A stretch of DNA of 64,000 bases, taken from NCBI GenBank assembly GCA_964016885.1, contig OZ024740.1:14508001-14572000 (forward strand). Direction: 5' to 3'. Position numbers and translations under genes: made by a program. This document shows positions 32,371-45,847 of the stretch, piece by piece (position 1 is the stretch's first letter; every line of letters begins with the position of its first letter). Source of the stretch: Eledone cirrhosa (taxonomy: Eukaryota). The notes under the pieces were generated by a model. That model was not told where the DNA came from and ran no database searches. It saw only the letters and a program-made list of their open reading frames with translations.

Positions 32371-35300
32371 GGAAAACACTATCGATAATAATAATCAAAA
32401 GTATGAACAATTGAAACTTTCCTTCAACGAAATCTTCCAGAAAGAAATTAATTCATGTGTAATCATTTCTCTTGCTGAACGTATTAAAACAACAATATTA
32501 CCAAATATTACCAAAATAAAACCAAATAATGAAATATTACGTGTTATTGACGAAATAGGGGATGAATATTTACGACGGATTAAAACCCCCACATTTTGGG
32601 AAATCAATGCCTGCTTATATGCCCTAGCAACGACAGTGAAGCATTATCTTGGTGATAGCAGAAATATTAACAAGAACAAAACTAAAATAGAAAAAAGGAT
32701 TGCTGACCTACGAAAAACCATAGGATAAGTGACAATTCTCCTTACATTCAAAGAAACACACAAAAACTTCACTTCTCACCATCAAAAAGTGAAAAATAAA
32801 ATAGAAACGATGTTTGGTGACAGTAGAACCAGAACTCTTCAATATAAGCTGATCACCCTCAAACAAGAATTAGAGCTGTCAGCGAGAAACGTCGATGCCT
32901 GAAGAAGGTAGATGAGAGAAAAGTGCTTAATAAAAGATTCAGACGAAACCAAACATCAGTCTATAGAGATATGAAGGGCAAAATAATAAGTGTCACTGGG
33001 GCCCATCCTAGAAAGACATAGATTCCTTTTGGTGAAAAATATGGGGTGAAAAGAAGAATTTCAACCAAGATGCAGTGTGGCTAAAAGAAATCCAAAAGAA
33101 CTATTGCTCCTACACTACAACAAAAACATACGAAATAAGTGAGGGTACCCTTGAGACTGTGATAGGAAAACTCCAAGATAAGAAGACACCAGGAAGAAAC
33201 ATGATTGTCGGCTACTGGTACAAAAAACTGATATTCTATCGGAGGTATCTTACTGACCTCTACCAACAAGTTCTTAAGGGAGATACACTTATACCAGAAT
33301 GCACAAACATTACTGGTCGCCAAGAACAAAGACACTCACTTGGCAAAAAACTACCGATCCATTGCATGCCAGAACCTGATGTATAAGATGTATACAGCCT
33401 GCCTGAACCTATTCCTCCAAGATCACTGTGAAAATAATAACATCGTCATAGATGAACGAGCAGCTAGAAAGAAATGGATTTGGGTGTGCACTGAACAACT
33501 CTTAATCAACAAAACTGCGATGTCGGAGGTGCGACAAAACTTAGGAGGAATATGACTACAGTCTGGCTGGACTACAGGAAAGCTTTCGATTCTGTTCCCC
33601 ACTTTTGGATGATAGGGGCCCTCTGACTTGCTAAAGTCCCATACATTATTATCAGAGCCACAGAGAAGCTGTCTTCATCTTGGGCTACTTGCCTAAAGTT
33701 AAAAACAGAAAAGGAGAACTCTATTTTCACTGATAAAATAGAATATCACAGGGGTATATTTCAAGAAGACTGTCTATCTTTGATACTATTTATCCTGTCA
33801 TTAAACCCCTTGTCTTTTCTGCCCAAGAAATGTGAGGGATACATCATTGGCTCACAGGAGGACAGAAATACGAACCTAACCCATAGCTTCTTTGTGGACG
33901 ATCTGAAACTCTATGCCAAGAACATAAATGGGAAGAAGAAAAATCTTGACCTAGTTACAACACTCTCAAAGGATATAGGAACGGAGTTTGGCCAAGATAA
34001 ATGTTCATATATGACTGTAAAGCGGGAAAAAACAACAACCCGATCTAGCAACATTGTCATCAATGGCCTAACTGTTTCACCGATATCTGATGAGGACTGC
34101 TACAGATACCTGGGGATAGATGAGAACATATCCTATAATGGTATCTGTAATAAGGAACGCGTAACCAGGGAATATTACACCAGATTAAGGAAAATATGGT
34201 CATCGGAACTCTCTTCGCACAGTAAAACAGTGGCTCACAATGTGTTTGTTGTTCCTGTCCTAACACCAATGTTTGGAATACTCGATTGGACAGTAGACGA
34301 AATCCAAGCAATTAATGCTAAAACTCGAAAAATTCTAAACAACACCGGAAACTTCCACATCAACAGTGACATAGACTGCCTCTACTTGAAACGTAAACAG
34401 GGAGGCAGAGTCCTAACATCCGTCCAGACGGCATTTGAATGTCGCATCATATCCCCCCGACAACATTTACGAACTTCGGAGCGTAGGAACCCACCTATTG
34501 AGCAAGTCTATCTACATGAACTAGATAAGATCATAAGAGTTGGGAAGGAACTCCTTGACAGATATTCCCTGCATGATAATTAAAAAAATCACACTCAGGG
34601 AAATTGCCCAGCAGTACCGCAGTGAATCGATGGATGAAAAACTGCATGCTTATACGCAAAAGCAAAGTCATCTATCTTGGACCAACAACCGCATTATTGG
34701 CTCCCACTTTGAAGGATGCGCCTTTGCATATTCACAAAAGAGATAGGGATGCAGGCAAAACACCTAGATGTAACCTCAAGTGCATACTCTGCAGAATTAA
34801 CATCGAAGATGTCACCCATGTCATATGCAGCTGTCCAGAGAAGTCATCGCGGTACTATATACCTATGAGGCATGATGTAGTGGCCAAAACATTGTACAAT
34901 GCAATCCGTAGAAAAGAAAGCCCCGGCAATAAAAACATTAAAAGCTACAGCAATGTGGAAGACATATACATACATAATATGAAAGAGTACTGGTGGAATG
35001 TTCCAGTAAAGTCCCCAATAAAATGCAGGCATAACAGACCAGATATTATGATATGAGACGGGGAGAAGAAAGCATGCACAGTAGTGGAAATTAGCTCCCC
35101 AGCAGATTCCAATATAATATCAAATATTTACGAAAAGGAGAATACCTATGCAGAACTAATGAGAAATCTGCAGATACTCCACCCTGATTACACCTTCAGA
35201 TTTATGCCTGTGATTATTGGGGCACTGGGGTATGTTAGTAACTGCCTCAATACAAATCTTGAGAAACTAGGCTTCACATAAACAGAAAGAACACAACTAG

Positions 35301-35601
35301 TTAGGAAATTACAAGTACAATCCATTAATGGAACAGTAAAAATATGTAAAACATTCCAAAAATTTGCATCTAATAACTGTATATAGATATGTACAGATAC
35401 AAAGCATATACACATGCACACATACAACTCAAAACATACACATCCACACATACAATAACATCCATATCTACACATGCATGCATACATACATATCTACCTA
35501 GTTGATGTTGTGTAAATTCCAATGAGAGAGTCTTGTGTCTATGTTAGAAACCGACTCTCTCTCTATTGGTAAAACTTTGTGAAATTATAAAACCAGAAGA
35601 A
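32371..35601 (+). mobile_element. R4/Dong-like RLE non-LTR retrotransposon, copy 1, heavily decayed
   Basis: ORF fragments carry RT motifs (YRSIACQN, FVDDLKLY, YRYLG), a CCHC knuckle (CILC..EDVTHVICSCP), RHD and RPDI..VEIS. Multiple stops and frameshifts. The 3' end is GAAATTATAAAACCAGAAGAA. Confidence 0.9.
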
Positions 35602-35610
35602 GATACATAC

Positions 35611-36850
35611 ATATCACTCCGACAACATCTACAAACCTCGAAGCGTAGGAGCCCACTTCTCGAGCAAGTCTATCTGCATGAAACAGATAAGATCATGAGA
35701 GTTGGGAAGAAACTCCTCGAGAGATATTCCCTGTGTGATAATCAAAAACTCACACCCAGAGAAGTCCCTCAGCAGTATCGCAGTGAATCCATGGATGAAA
35801 AACTCCATGCCTATCAGCAAAAAATCATGCATGGATATGTTGCCAGGAAGCTCCAGAGTGAGAGTAATAGAGATAAGGAAAGTAGTCTATCTTGGACCAA
35901 CAACCGCTATATTGGCTCCCACTTTGAAGGATACGCTTTTGCAATCCAAGAACAGGAGATTAGCACGAAATACCTGATTCACAAAAGAGATAGGGATGCA
36001 GGCAAAACACCTAGATGTGATAACAAGTGCAGACTCTACAGAACTAACATCGAGGATATCACCCATGTCATCAGCAGCTGTCCAAAGATGTCATCGCGGA
36101 ACTATCTACCTATGAGGCATGATGTAGTGGCCAAAACACTGTACAATGCAGTTCGTAAAAAAGATAGCCCCGATAATAAACACATTAAAAGCTACAGCAA
36201 TGTGAAAGACATCCATGTACATAATATGAAAGAGTACTGGTGGAATGTTCCAGTAAAAATCGCAATAAAGTGCAGGCATAACAGACCAGATATTAGGATA
36301 TGGGACAGGGAGAAGAAAACATGCACAGTAGTGGAAATTATCTGCCCAGCAGATGCCAATATAATATCAAAGATTAGCGAAAAGGAGAATATTTATGCAG
36401 AACTGATGAGAAATCTGCAGATACTCCACCCTGATTACACCTTCAGATTTATGCCTGTGATTATTGGGCCACTGGGATATGTTAGTAACTGCCTCAATAT
36501 AAATCTTGAGAAGCTAGGCTTCACAGGAACAGAAAGAACACAACTAGTTAGGAAATTACAAGTACAATCCGTTAATGGAACAGTAAAAATATGTAAAACA
36601 TTCCAAAAATTTGCATCTAATAACTGCATATACACATGTGCAGATACAAAGCATATACACATGCACACATACAACTCAGAACATACACATCCACACATAC
36701 AATAACATCCATATCTACACATGCATGCATGCATAGATAATCTATCTAGTTGATGTTGTGTAAATTCCAATGAGAGAGTCTTGTGTCTATGTTAGAAACC
36801 GACTCTCTCTATATTGGGAAAACATTTGTGAAATTATAAAACCAGAAGAA
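35611..36850 (+). mobile_element. R4/Dong-like LINE, copy 2, 5'-truncated (zinc knuckle, RLE, 3' UTR)
   Basis: Nearly identical to ~39351-40588. It begins directly in the short CATA tail of copy 1 and is followed by (CATA)n at 36851-36962. Confidence 0.92.
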
Positions 36851-37213
36851 CATACACACATACACACATACATACATACATACATACATACATACATACA
36901 TACATACATACATACATACATACATACATACATACATACATACATACACACATACATACATAAGTCTACCTCGAATGCAGGGGAAAACAATATCGATAAT
37001 AATAATAATAATCGAAGAAATAATAATAATAATCGAATAAATGTGACACCACGTATACCATCCGAGTCTACCTCGACTGTTAATGATAATCAAAAGTATA
37101 AACAATTGAAAATTTCCCTCAACGAAATCTTCCAGAGAGAAATTAACTCATGTATAAATATCTCTCTGGCTGAACGTGTTAAAATGACAATGGTGAATAA
37201 AAAACCAAATAAT

Positions 37214-37398
37214 TGTTTCTACTTTAGGCACAAGGCCAGCAAATACCCAGTGCATTACTGGTACTTTATTTTATCGACCCTGTAAGGATGAAAGGCAAAG
37301 TCAACCTCGGCGGGATTTGAACTCAGATCGTAAAGGGACGTAACTATGCTGGAAAGCATGGCGTCCGATCCTCTACCGATACTGCCAATCCACCGCCC
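37214..37398 (-). mobile_element. tRNA-derived SINE inserted in LINE copy 3
   Basis: The minus strand has an A-box-like TGGCAGTATCGG, a B-box GAGTTCAAATCCC and the core GCCTTTCATCC...GTCGATAAAATAAAGTACCAG. Perfect 16-bp TSD TAAAAAACCAAATAAT at 37198-37213 and 37399-37414. Confidence 0.93.
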
Positions 37399-37619
37399 TA
37401 AAAAACCAAATAATGAAATACTACGTGTTATTGACGAAATAGGGGATGAATATTTACGACGGATAAAAAACCCAACATTTTGGCAAATCAACGCCTGTTT
37501 ATATGCCTTAGCAATGGTGATAGCAGAGATATTAACAAGAACAAAACACCACCAAAAAACCATCATATATAACTAAAATAGAAAAAAAGAGTGCTGACAT
37601 ACGATAAAACATAGGAAAT

Positions 37620-40151
37620 GTGACAATGCTCCTTACATACAAACAAACACAAAAAAACCTCATTTCTCACCAACAAAGAGTGAAAAATAAAATAGAGACG
37701 ATGTTTGGTAACAGTAGAACCAGAACTCTCCAATATAAGCTGATCACCCTCAAACAAGAATTGAGAGCTGTTAGCGAAAAACGCCGATACCTGAAGAAGG
37801 TAGATGAGAGAAAAATGCTTAATAAAAGATTCAGACGAAATCAAATATCAGTCTATAGAGATATGAAGGGCAAAATAATAAGTGTCACTGAGGCCCCATC
37901 CCAGAAAGACATAGATTCCTTTTGGAGAAAAATATGGGGTGAAAAGAAGAATTTCAACCAAGATGCAGTGTGGCTAAGAAAAATCCGAAAGAACTATTGC
38001 TCCTACACTACAACAAAAACATACGAAATTTGTGAGGGTACCCTTGAGACTGTGATAGGAAAACTCCAAGATAAGAAAACACCAGGAAGAGACATGATTG
38101 TCGGCTACTGGTACAAAAAACTAATATCCTATCGGAGGTATCTTACTGACCTCTACCAACAAGTTCTTAAGGGAGATACACTTATACCAGAATGGTTGAC
38201 ATTAGCACAAACGTTACTGGTCCCGAAGAACAAAGACACCCACTTGGCAAAACACTACCGACCCATTGCATGCCAGAACCTGATGTATAAGATGTATACA
38301 GCCTGCCTGAACCTATTCCTCAAAGATCGCTGTGAAAATAATAACATCATCACAGATGAACAAGCAGCTGGAAAGAAAGGGGTTTGGGGATGTGCTAAAC
38401 AACTCCTAATCAACAAAACTGCGATGTCGGAGGTACGACAACTTAGGAGGAATATGACTACAGTCTGGCTGGACTACAGGAAAGCTTTCGATTCTGTTCC
38501 CCACTCTTGGATGATAGAGGCCCTCCAACTTGCTAAAGTCCCAGACATTATTGTCAGAGCCATAGAGAGGATGTCTTCTTCTTGGTCTACTATCCTAAGG
38601 TTAAAGAAAGAGCGGGAGGACTCTATTTTCACTGATAAAATAAAATATTGCAGGGGCATATTTCAGGGGGACAGTCTCTGTGTGATATTGTTCATCTTGT
38701 TATTAAACCCCTTGTCCTTTCTGCTCAAGAAATCTGAGGGATACATTATTGGCTCACAGGAAGACAGAAATACGAACCTAACCCATAACTTCTTTGTGGA
38801 CGATCTGAAACTCTATGCCAAGAACATGGATGGGATGAAGAAAAATCTTGACCTGGTTACAACGTTCTCAAAGGATATAGGAATGGAGTTTGACCAAGAT
38901 AAATGCTCATACATGACTGTAAAGCGGGGAAAAACAACAACCCAATCTAGCAACATTGTCATCAATGGTCTAACTGTTTCACTGATATCTGATGAGGACT
39001 GCTACAGATACCTGGGGATAGATGAGAACATATCCTATAATGGTATATGTAATAAAGAACGCGTAACCAGCGAATACTACACCCGATTAAGAAAGATCTG
39101 GTCATCGGAACTCTCTGCGTAAAACAAAACAGTGGCTCACAATGTGTTTGCTGTACCTGTCCTAACACCAAAGTTTGGAATACTCAATTGGACGATAGAC
39201 GAAATCCGAGCAGTTGATGTTGGAACTCGAAAAATACTGAACAACACCGGAAACTTCCACATCAACAGTGACATAGACCGCCTTTACTTGAAACGTAAGC
39301 ACGGAGGCAGAGGCCTAACATCAGTCCAGACAACATTTGAATGTCGCATCATATCTCTCCGACAACATCTACAAACCTCGAAGCGTAGGAGCCCACTTCT
39401 CGAGCAAGTCTATCTGCATGAAACAGATAAGATCATGAGAGTTGGGAAGAAACTCCTCGAGAGATATTCCCTGTGTGATAATCAAAAACTCACACCCAGA
39501 GAAGTCCCTCAGCAGTATCGCAGTGAATCCATGGATGAAAAACTCCATGCCTATCAGCAAAAAATCATGCATGGATATATTGCCAGGAAGCTCCAGAGTG
39601 AGAGTAATATAAATAAGGAAAGTAGTCTATCTTGGACCAACAACCGCTATATTGGCTCCCACTTTGAAGGATACGCTTTTGCAATCCAAGAACAGGAGAT
39701 TAGCACGAAATACCTGATTCACAAAAGAGATAGGGATGCAGGCAAAACACCTAGATGTGATAACAAGTGCAGACTCTGCAGAACTAACATCGAGGATATC
39801 ACCCATGTCATCAGCAGCTGTCCAAAGATGTCATCGCGGTACTATCTACCTATGAGGCATGATGTAGTGGCCAAAACACTGTTCAATGCAATTCGTAAAA
39901 AAGATAGCCTCGATAATAAACACATTAAAAGCTACAACAATGTGGAAGACATCCATTTACATAATATGAAAGAGTACTATTGGAATGTTCCAGTAAAAAC
40001 CCCAATAAAGTGCAGGCATAACAGACCAGATATTAGGATATGGGACAGGGAGAAGAAAACATGCACAGTAGTGGAAATTAGCTGCCCAGCAGATGCCAAT
40101 ATAATATCAATGATTAGTGAAAAGGAGAATATTTATGCAAAACTGATGTGA
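37620..40151 (+). pseudogene. Reverse transcriptase / RLE polyprotein of LINE copy 3, interrupted by TAA at 39120-39122 and TGA at 40149-40151
   Basis: Comparison with copies 1 and 2 shows sense codons at these positions. Confidence 0.9.
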
Positions 40152-40683
40152 AATCTGCAGATACTCCACCCTGATTACACCTTCAGATTTATGCCTGTGA
40201 TTATTGGGCCACTGTGATATGTTAGTAACTGCCTCAATACAAATCTTGAGAAGCTAGGCTTCACAGGAACAGAAAGAACACAACTAGTTAGGAAACTACA
40301 AGTACAATCCATTAATGGAACAGTAAAAATATGTAAAACATTCCAAAAATTTGCATCTAATAACTACATATACACATGTACAGATACAAAGCATATACAC
40401 ATGCACACATACAACTCAAAACATACACATCCACACATACAATAACATCCATATCTACACATGCATGCATACATACATATCTACCTTGTTGATGTTGTGT
40501 AAATTCTAATGAGAGAGTCTTGTGTCTATGTTAGAAACCGACTCTCTCTCTATTGGTAAAACTTTGTGAAATTATAAAACCAGAAGAACATACATACATA
40601 CATACGTTCATACATACATACATACATACATACATACATACATACATACATACATACATACATACATACATACATACATACAT

Positions 40684-41292
40684 GGTGACTGCCAACTCGT
40701 TTTCGAGTATGGCGGCCACTACTTTATATCTATGTAGGAGAACCCCTACCGATGCGCTGAACGAGTGTGACATTTTAGTCCAGCCAGCGACTTGAAAACT
40801 CTGGTACAAACACTACACTTGTGACAATTATTGACACATAGTGCTGGGCCCATGGTATCATGTGACGACAAGTGTAAAGAGATCTCCAGATATAAAGCAC
40901 TGCCTGTGCTGTGAAGCTTTTGTAGTGAGAAAAGGCACTGCACAAAGCCAGTCCCACTCTCTTAACCAATATGATATTTACCAAAAAGAAGAACAAGTCA
41001 ACATCATTGGATACCATCAGGGTTGCAGGTGTTATATCAGAGTTTTCCTTCTCCTAGAATTCTGCCTTGACAAAGGCTAAGGGGACATCTCTCCCGGTGA
41101 TTTTGGATGGCCATTGATTCTTAAGAGCTCCTTTTCCCTTTGACAGATTTTGTTCTTAGTCCTGCAGGATGTCCAAAGTCACCCTCCTCACCAAGAAACC
41201 TTGTTGGGGTTGCCAGTTTAGTAGCCAACGACCCGACCATGAGATAGGTTGTACTTGGATACATGTTACCAGTAGCACCAACTGGTGACCTG
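40684..41292 (-). mobile_element. ~600-bp non-autonomous bipartite RTE derivative (5' UTR plus 3' end)
   Basis: Near-identical to 58251-58858. The 5' part resembles 45570-45790. The 3' part encodes CSVCTRVFKSLAGLKCHTRSAH, similar to the last RTE zinc finger. It has an (ATGT)n tail. Confidence 0.8.
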
Positions 41293-41306
41293 ATATACAT
41301 ACATAC

Positions 41307-41579
41307 ATGGTGGCTGCCAACTCGTTTTCGAGTACGGCCACTACTTTATATCCATGTAGGAGAACCCCTACCGATGTGCTGAACGAGTGTGACTTTTTAG
41401 TCCAGCCAGCGACTTGAAAACTGTGGTACAAACACTACACTTGTGACAATTATTGACACATAGTGCTGGGCCCATGGTACCATGTGACGACAAGTGCAGA
41501 GAGATCTCCAGATATAAAGCAATGCCTGTGCCCTGAAGCTTTTATAGTGAGCAAAGGCACTGCACAAAGCCAGTCCCAC
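41307..41579 (-). mobile_element. 5'-truncated copy of the same non-autonomous RTE derivative
   Basis: Direct repeat of ~40682-40958. A further related 3'-end stub lies at ~41595-41630. Confidence 0.8.
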
Positions 41580-41686
41580 ACACATACATACATGCATGAT
41601 GGCTGCCCCCTCGTTATCGAGTATGGCCATTGCACGAGGAGAAAGAAAAAAAAAAAAATAATAAATAAATAAAAAAAAAAAAAGAA

Positions 41687-41731
<45 letters not shown>

Positions 41732-41742
41732 TACATATATAT

Positions 41743-41775
<33 letters not shown>

Positions 41776-41910
41776 TACATTAATAACAATAACAACAATA
41801 ATAATAATAACCAATAATAATAACGACAACAACAATAATAATATACATATACATATATATATACACACACACGCACACACATAAGCATATCTACACACAC
41901 ACACACACAC

Positions 41911-44900
41911 GATAGCAACTAACAGCGCTGCGATCGAATGTGGCTTTTTAGCCCAGCCAATGATCTAAAATGTCTTGCACAGAGTCGGCAACCAAAACAT
42001 TTACTGGGAATAGTCGGCTGTGGTTGGAGTTCGTGTACTTTTGCATGTCGCTTGAGCCCTCCTGCTGATTTACATTCTCTACCACATGTTTGGCAAGCAT
42101 GATGAGTAGCATCTCCAACAGCAGCCTGGTAGTCAACCACTGGTCTTACTTTATGACTGCGAAGATGACTTTCGAGTCCAGCTTTGCTCAGGCAGAGTCT
42201 CGCACATACGCTGCATGTCAGCACCATACGAGGACCCTCGCCGTCTGGAAGTGCAACAGCAATGCCCTTCCTCACATCCCGCATTACTTTCTCGTATGCG
42301 ATTCGAGATGCCTCAAAGGCAACTTTTCCCTCATATACAGTCTTTCTCCATTTATTACGATCAGCAGCAATATTCTCCCATGTATCAGCAGAGATGTTAG
42401 CGTCTTTCAGAGAGGCTTTCAAGGTATCCTTATACCTCTTTTTTGGTTTATGTGGCGGTCGTTTTCCTTTAACCAACTCTCCATAAAAGAATTATTTTGG
42501 TATTCTAGAATCCTTCATCCTGGAAAGGTGACCACTCCAACGGAGTCGTTGCTTAAGCACAAGAGCTTCTATACTGTCACACATAGAACTTTCCAAAATC
42601 TCGACATCACTGATGTGGTCCCTCCAGTGAACGCCATGGATCCGTCTGAGACACATCTGATGGAAACGTTCCAATTGCTTAAGGTGGTGTCGATATGTGA
42701 TATGTGACCCAGGTCTCGCAGGCATAAAGAAGACAAAGAGCACACATGCCCTGTACACCTTTACCTTTGTCCTCCTGCATATGTCTCGCCGACCCCAGAG
42801 TCGCCTTTCTAGCTTTCCGAAAGCATCACTTGCTTTCCTAATCCTAAGTGAGATTTCATTGTCATGGTTGCTGTATCGATTGACAGTGCTTCCCAGGTAG
42901 ACAAACTGATCAACCACTCCAAGTCGTTTGCCATACACATAGATGTTTGGTTCAGTGTACTGCTTACCAGGGGCAGGTTGGTACATGACGACGGTTTTCT
43001 TGAGACTGACAGTCAGAACTAGGGCAGTGCAAGCGTCAGAAAATGCATTCAAAATGTGCTGCATATGACTCTCTGTGTGCGCTACAAGATCGCAATCATC
43101 TGCATACAAGAGGTCTCTTATGATTGATGTAAATACTTTTGTCTTCGCAGCAAAGCGCCTGATGTTAAATATGCTGCCTGAGGTTCGATATCGGATGTAA
43201 ACACCATGCTCGCAATTTCTGAATGCAATACAGAAAACCATTGCAAAGTATATGGCAAACAGGGTCGGTGCTGGAATATCCCCCTGTTTCACTCCATTTT
43301 TTACTGAGATAGGCTCCGACATGTTACACCCGACATTAACCCAAGCCTTCATGTCGTCATGGAAAGACCTAACTAAAGCAAGGAACTTATCAGGGCAACC
43401 AAGTTTCTGGAGGACCTTCCATAATGCATCTCTGTTAACAGTATCGAAAGCTTTTGTCAGATCGACAAAAACCTGATACAGATCCAAGCCTTGTTCCATG
43501 CACTTCTCCTGGAGCTGTCTAGCTGAGAAGACCATATCAGTAGTGCCGCGTCCAGCACGAAAACCAGATTGACTTTCAGGAAGAACACAATCTGCAATGT
43601 GTGTCAGCAGACGGTCCAGAAGCACCCTACATAAAACTTTCCCTACTACAGAAAGCAATGATATACCTCTGTAGTTCCCACAATCGTTCCTGTTACCCTT
43701 TCCCTTGTACAAGACCACCATTACTGCATCTCTCCAGTCCTCAGGTACGGATTCATTCGCCCATATCCTGCCAAACAAAGAGTGAAGATGTTGCAGGAGT
43801 CTCTCACCACCATATTGTAGGAGCTCAGCATGTATGCCATCCATACCTGGAGATCTTCCACTGTTCAGCTTCGAAATAGCCACTGCAACCTCCACAAGCG
43901 TCGGAGGTTCTGCGAGAGCTACTTTCACAGGACTTTCTGGAATGAGATTGAGGAAATCTTCACTGACGACAGACGGCTGATTCAAAAGATCATCAAAGTG
44001 CTCTCACCACCTTCGTAGAATTCCTTGTGAGCCACGAAGAAGTTATTTGCCATCCTTGCTGCGAAGCGGTGTCACCAGAGAAGAAGACGGTCCATAAACC
44101 TCACGCAAGAGACTGTACAACAGCTTTGTGTTATTGGAATCAGACGCATTTTGTATCTCACCAGCCTTCTCACTCCACCACTGATCCTTCATCTGAGAAA
44201 GACTCCGCCTAACACGTGATTTTACATTCCTGAGTTCCTCATGCAACGTATTCCTCTCCTGTGGTTTTGCCGTCAAGTAGCGTGACAGAGCACGCCTCTT
44301 ATCAGCCAACAAGTCTTCTATATGTACATCATTCTCATTAAACCAGTCCTGATGTTTCCTTTGCGCCAATCCCAGAACACGCCTGCCTACATCATAAACC
44401 GACTTTTTAAGGGTCGGCCAATCCTCACCAAGATCTGCAGCCTGCATCTCTTCTTCCAATGTCCTCTTCACATTTTTATCCTTAAGACGAGCAGCATTCA
44501 ATCTTTTGGGCAGGGCAACACCAGGAGCCCGGATTTTACGTTTAGTGATTAGTTTCACTTTTGCGCGTACCAGGCGGTGGTCCGTCCAGCACTCAGCTCT
44601 ACGAAGAACACGAACACACTGCACATCCTGTCTGTCACGCATCCTGACTAGGACGTAGTCCAAAAGATGCCATTCCTTAGATGCAGGATGCATCCATGTG
44701 GTCTTGAATTTGTTCTTTTGTTGGAACATGGTGTTGGTAACACACAGATCCAGCTCCTCACACATCTGCAACAGGAGCATACCATTGCTGTTACACTTTC
44801 CCACCCCATGCCTTCCGATTACATTCCATGTGTTAAAATCCCTACCCACTCTAGCATTAAAGTCACCAAGCACGATGACTTTGTCTGCCTGAGGGATATT

Positions 44901-45400
44901 TCTTAAAACACCTTTCAAGGCATGGTAAAAGGTCACCTTTTCCTCACCGACAGAACTCATAGTTGGAGCATACACACTCACCAGGGTAGCATATCTTCCC
45001 TTGTCCAGCGGAACTCTCATGGACATAAGACGCTCACTAATTCCTACTGGGAATTCTTCTAATTTGTCACAAGTACAGTCTTAACAGCAAACCCTACCCC
45101 AGCCTCTCTTCTGGTTCCTTCATCTCTTCCTTTCCAGAAGAATGTATATTCTCCACAAAATTCCGTAAGATGACCATCTCCAGCTAGCCTCGTCTCAGAT
45201 AAAGCCACGATGTCAAGATCGTAACGTCGAAGCTCCTTTGCAACAAGAGCGGTCCTTCGTTCAGGACACCCCAAGGAATCCCTGTCAAGCAGCGTCCGTA
45301 CGTTCCAGCAGCCAAGACTAAATGCCTTGTTTGGCTCTATTACAATGGCACGATGACGAGCGGGCCCAGGCTGTGATAACCTGGGGCCCCTGCCCTTATT
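41911..45400 (-). mobile_element. RTE-clade LINE (APE endonuclease, RT, three C2H2 fingers), decayed
   Basis: WNVRTL, DIVALSETR, VYAPT, LGDFNARVG, LDYVL, TDH (APE); SPGMDGI, NYRGISLL, QSGFR, DLTKAFD, GVKQG, LYADD, FVYLG (RT). Broken by a frameshift near 45050 and stops at 44043 and 42492. The 5' boundary is approximate. Confidence 0.93.
41919..42476 (-). pseudogene. C-terminal RTE ORF segment with three C2H2-type zinc fingers
   Basis: CSVCARLCLSKAGLESHLRSH; CQTCGRECKSAGGLKRHAKVH; CRLCARHFRSLAGLKSHIRSQ (last His absent). Confidence 0.85.
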
Positions 45401-45504
45401 GCCAATGATCTTTTTTGTTCCAGAACCTAAATTGCCAATTATCTCTTTTATATTGTTCTGGAACATCATTGAATTGGAAAAAAAAAAAAAAAAAAGTAAT
45501 AATA

Positions 45505-45540
<36 letters not shown>

Positions 45541-45562
45541 GTACACTATTAATAATTATTAA

Positions 45563-45847
45563 TGCACTCGTGCAATGCCTGTGCGTGACGAATATTTTTA
45601 AAGTGAGGAAAGACTGTGCACTGAGCCAATCCCACTCTCTGAGCGACAGTAGCTATAACCCGAAAAGAAGAAAAAATCAACATCATCGGTAACTACTGAG
45701 CCGCAGGTTTTATGTCGAAGTTAACCCAGTTTCCTGAGATGCCTTCTTCTAGAAGAATGCCCTGACAAGTGCTAGGGGTTCTTCACTCCCAGTGGTTTAA
45801 TTGCGCGATCGGGCATCCAGCCCGATTATTTCTATGTCCCCGCGCGC
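45563..45847 (-). mobile_element. RTE-type 5' UTR fragment
   Basis: Diverged similarity to 40900-41100 (GCC.GTG...CCCACTCTC...AAAAGAAGAA.AA.TCAACATCAT...CCTTCT..TAGAA). It lies upstream of the RTE ORF, separated by A and (AAT)n tracts. Confidence 0.6.

Larger units (their letters stand above)
36963..40588 (+). mobile_element. R4/Dong-like LINE, copy 3, most complete (RT, CCHC, restriction-like endonuclease), with premature stops
   Basis: ORFs 37620-39122 and 39132-40151 are in the same frame: LDYRKAFDSVPH, GIFQGDSL, FVDDLKLY, YRYLG, CRLC..EDITHVISSCP, RHD, NRPDI..VEISCP. Followed by (CATA)n at 40589-40683. Confidence 0.95.

Noticed and set aside
34087-34093. CTGATGA cores inside the LINE RT (also ~38989)
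   Set aside because: Coding sequence (SDE) with no stem II-GAAA-stem III arrangement.
35376-35500. LINE 3' region as the source of the 40-bp satellite (shares CACATACAAC)
   Set aside because: Only low-complexity CA-rich similarity. The distinctive GCAGGTAAT and TCTAGGGCC parts are absent.
35566-36705. 379-aa ORF as a standalone endonuclease gene
   Set aside because: The N-terminus is the 3' UTR and tail of LINE copy 1, fused by chance in frame to truncated copy 2. The start is non-ATG and the knuckle is mutated (CRLY).
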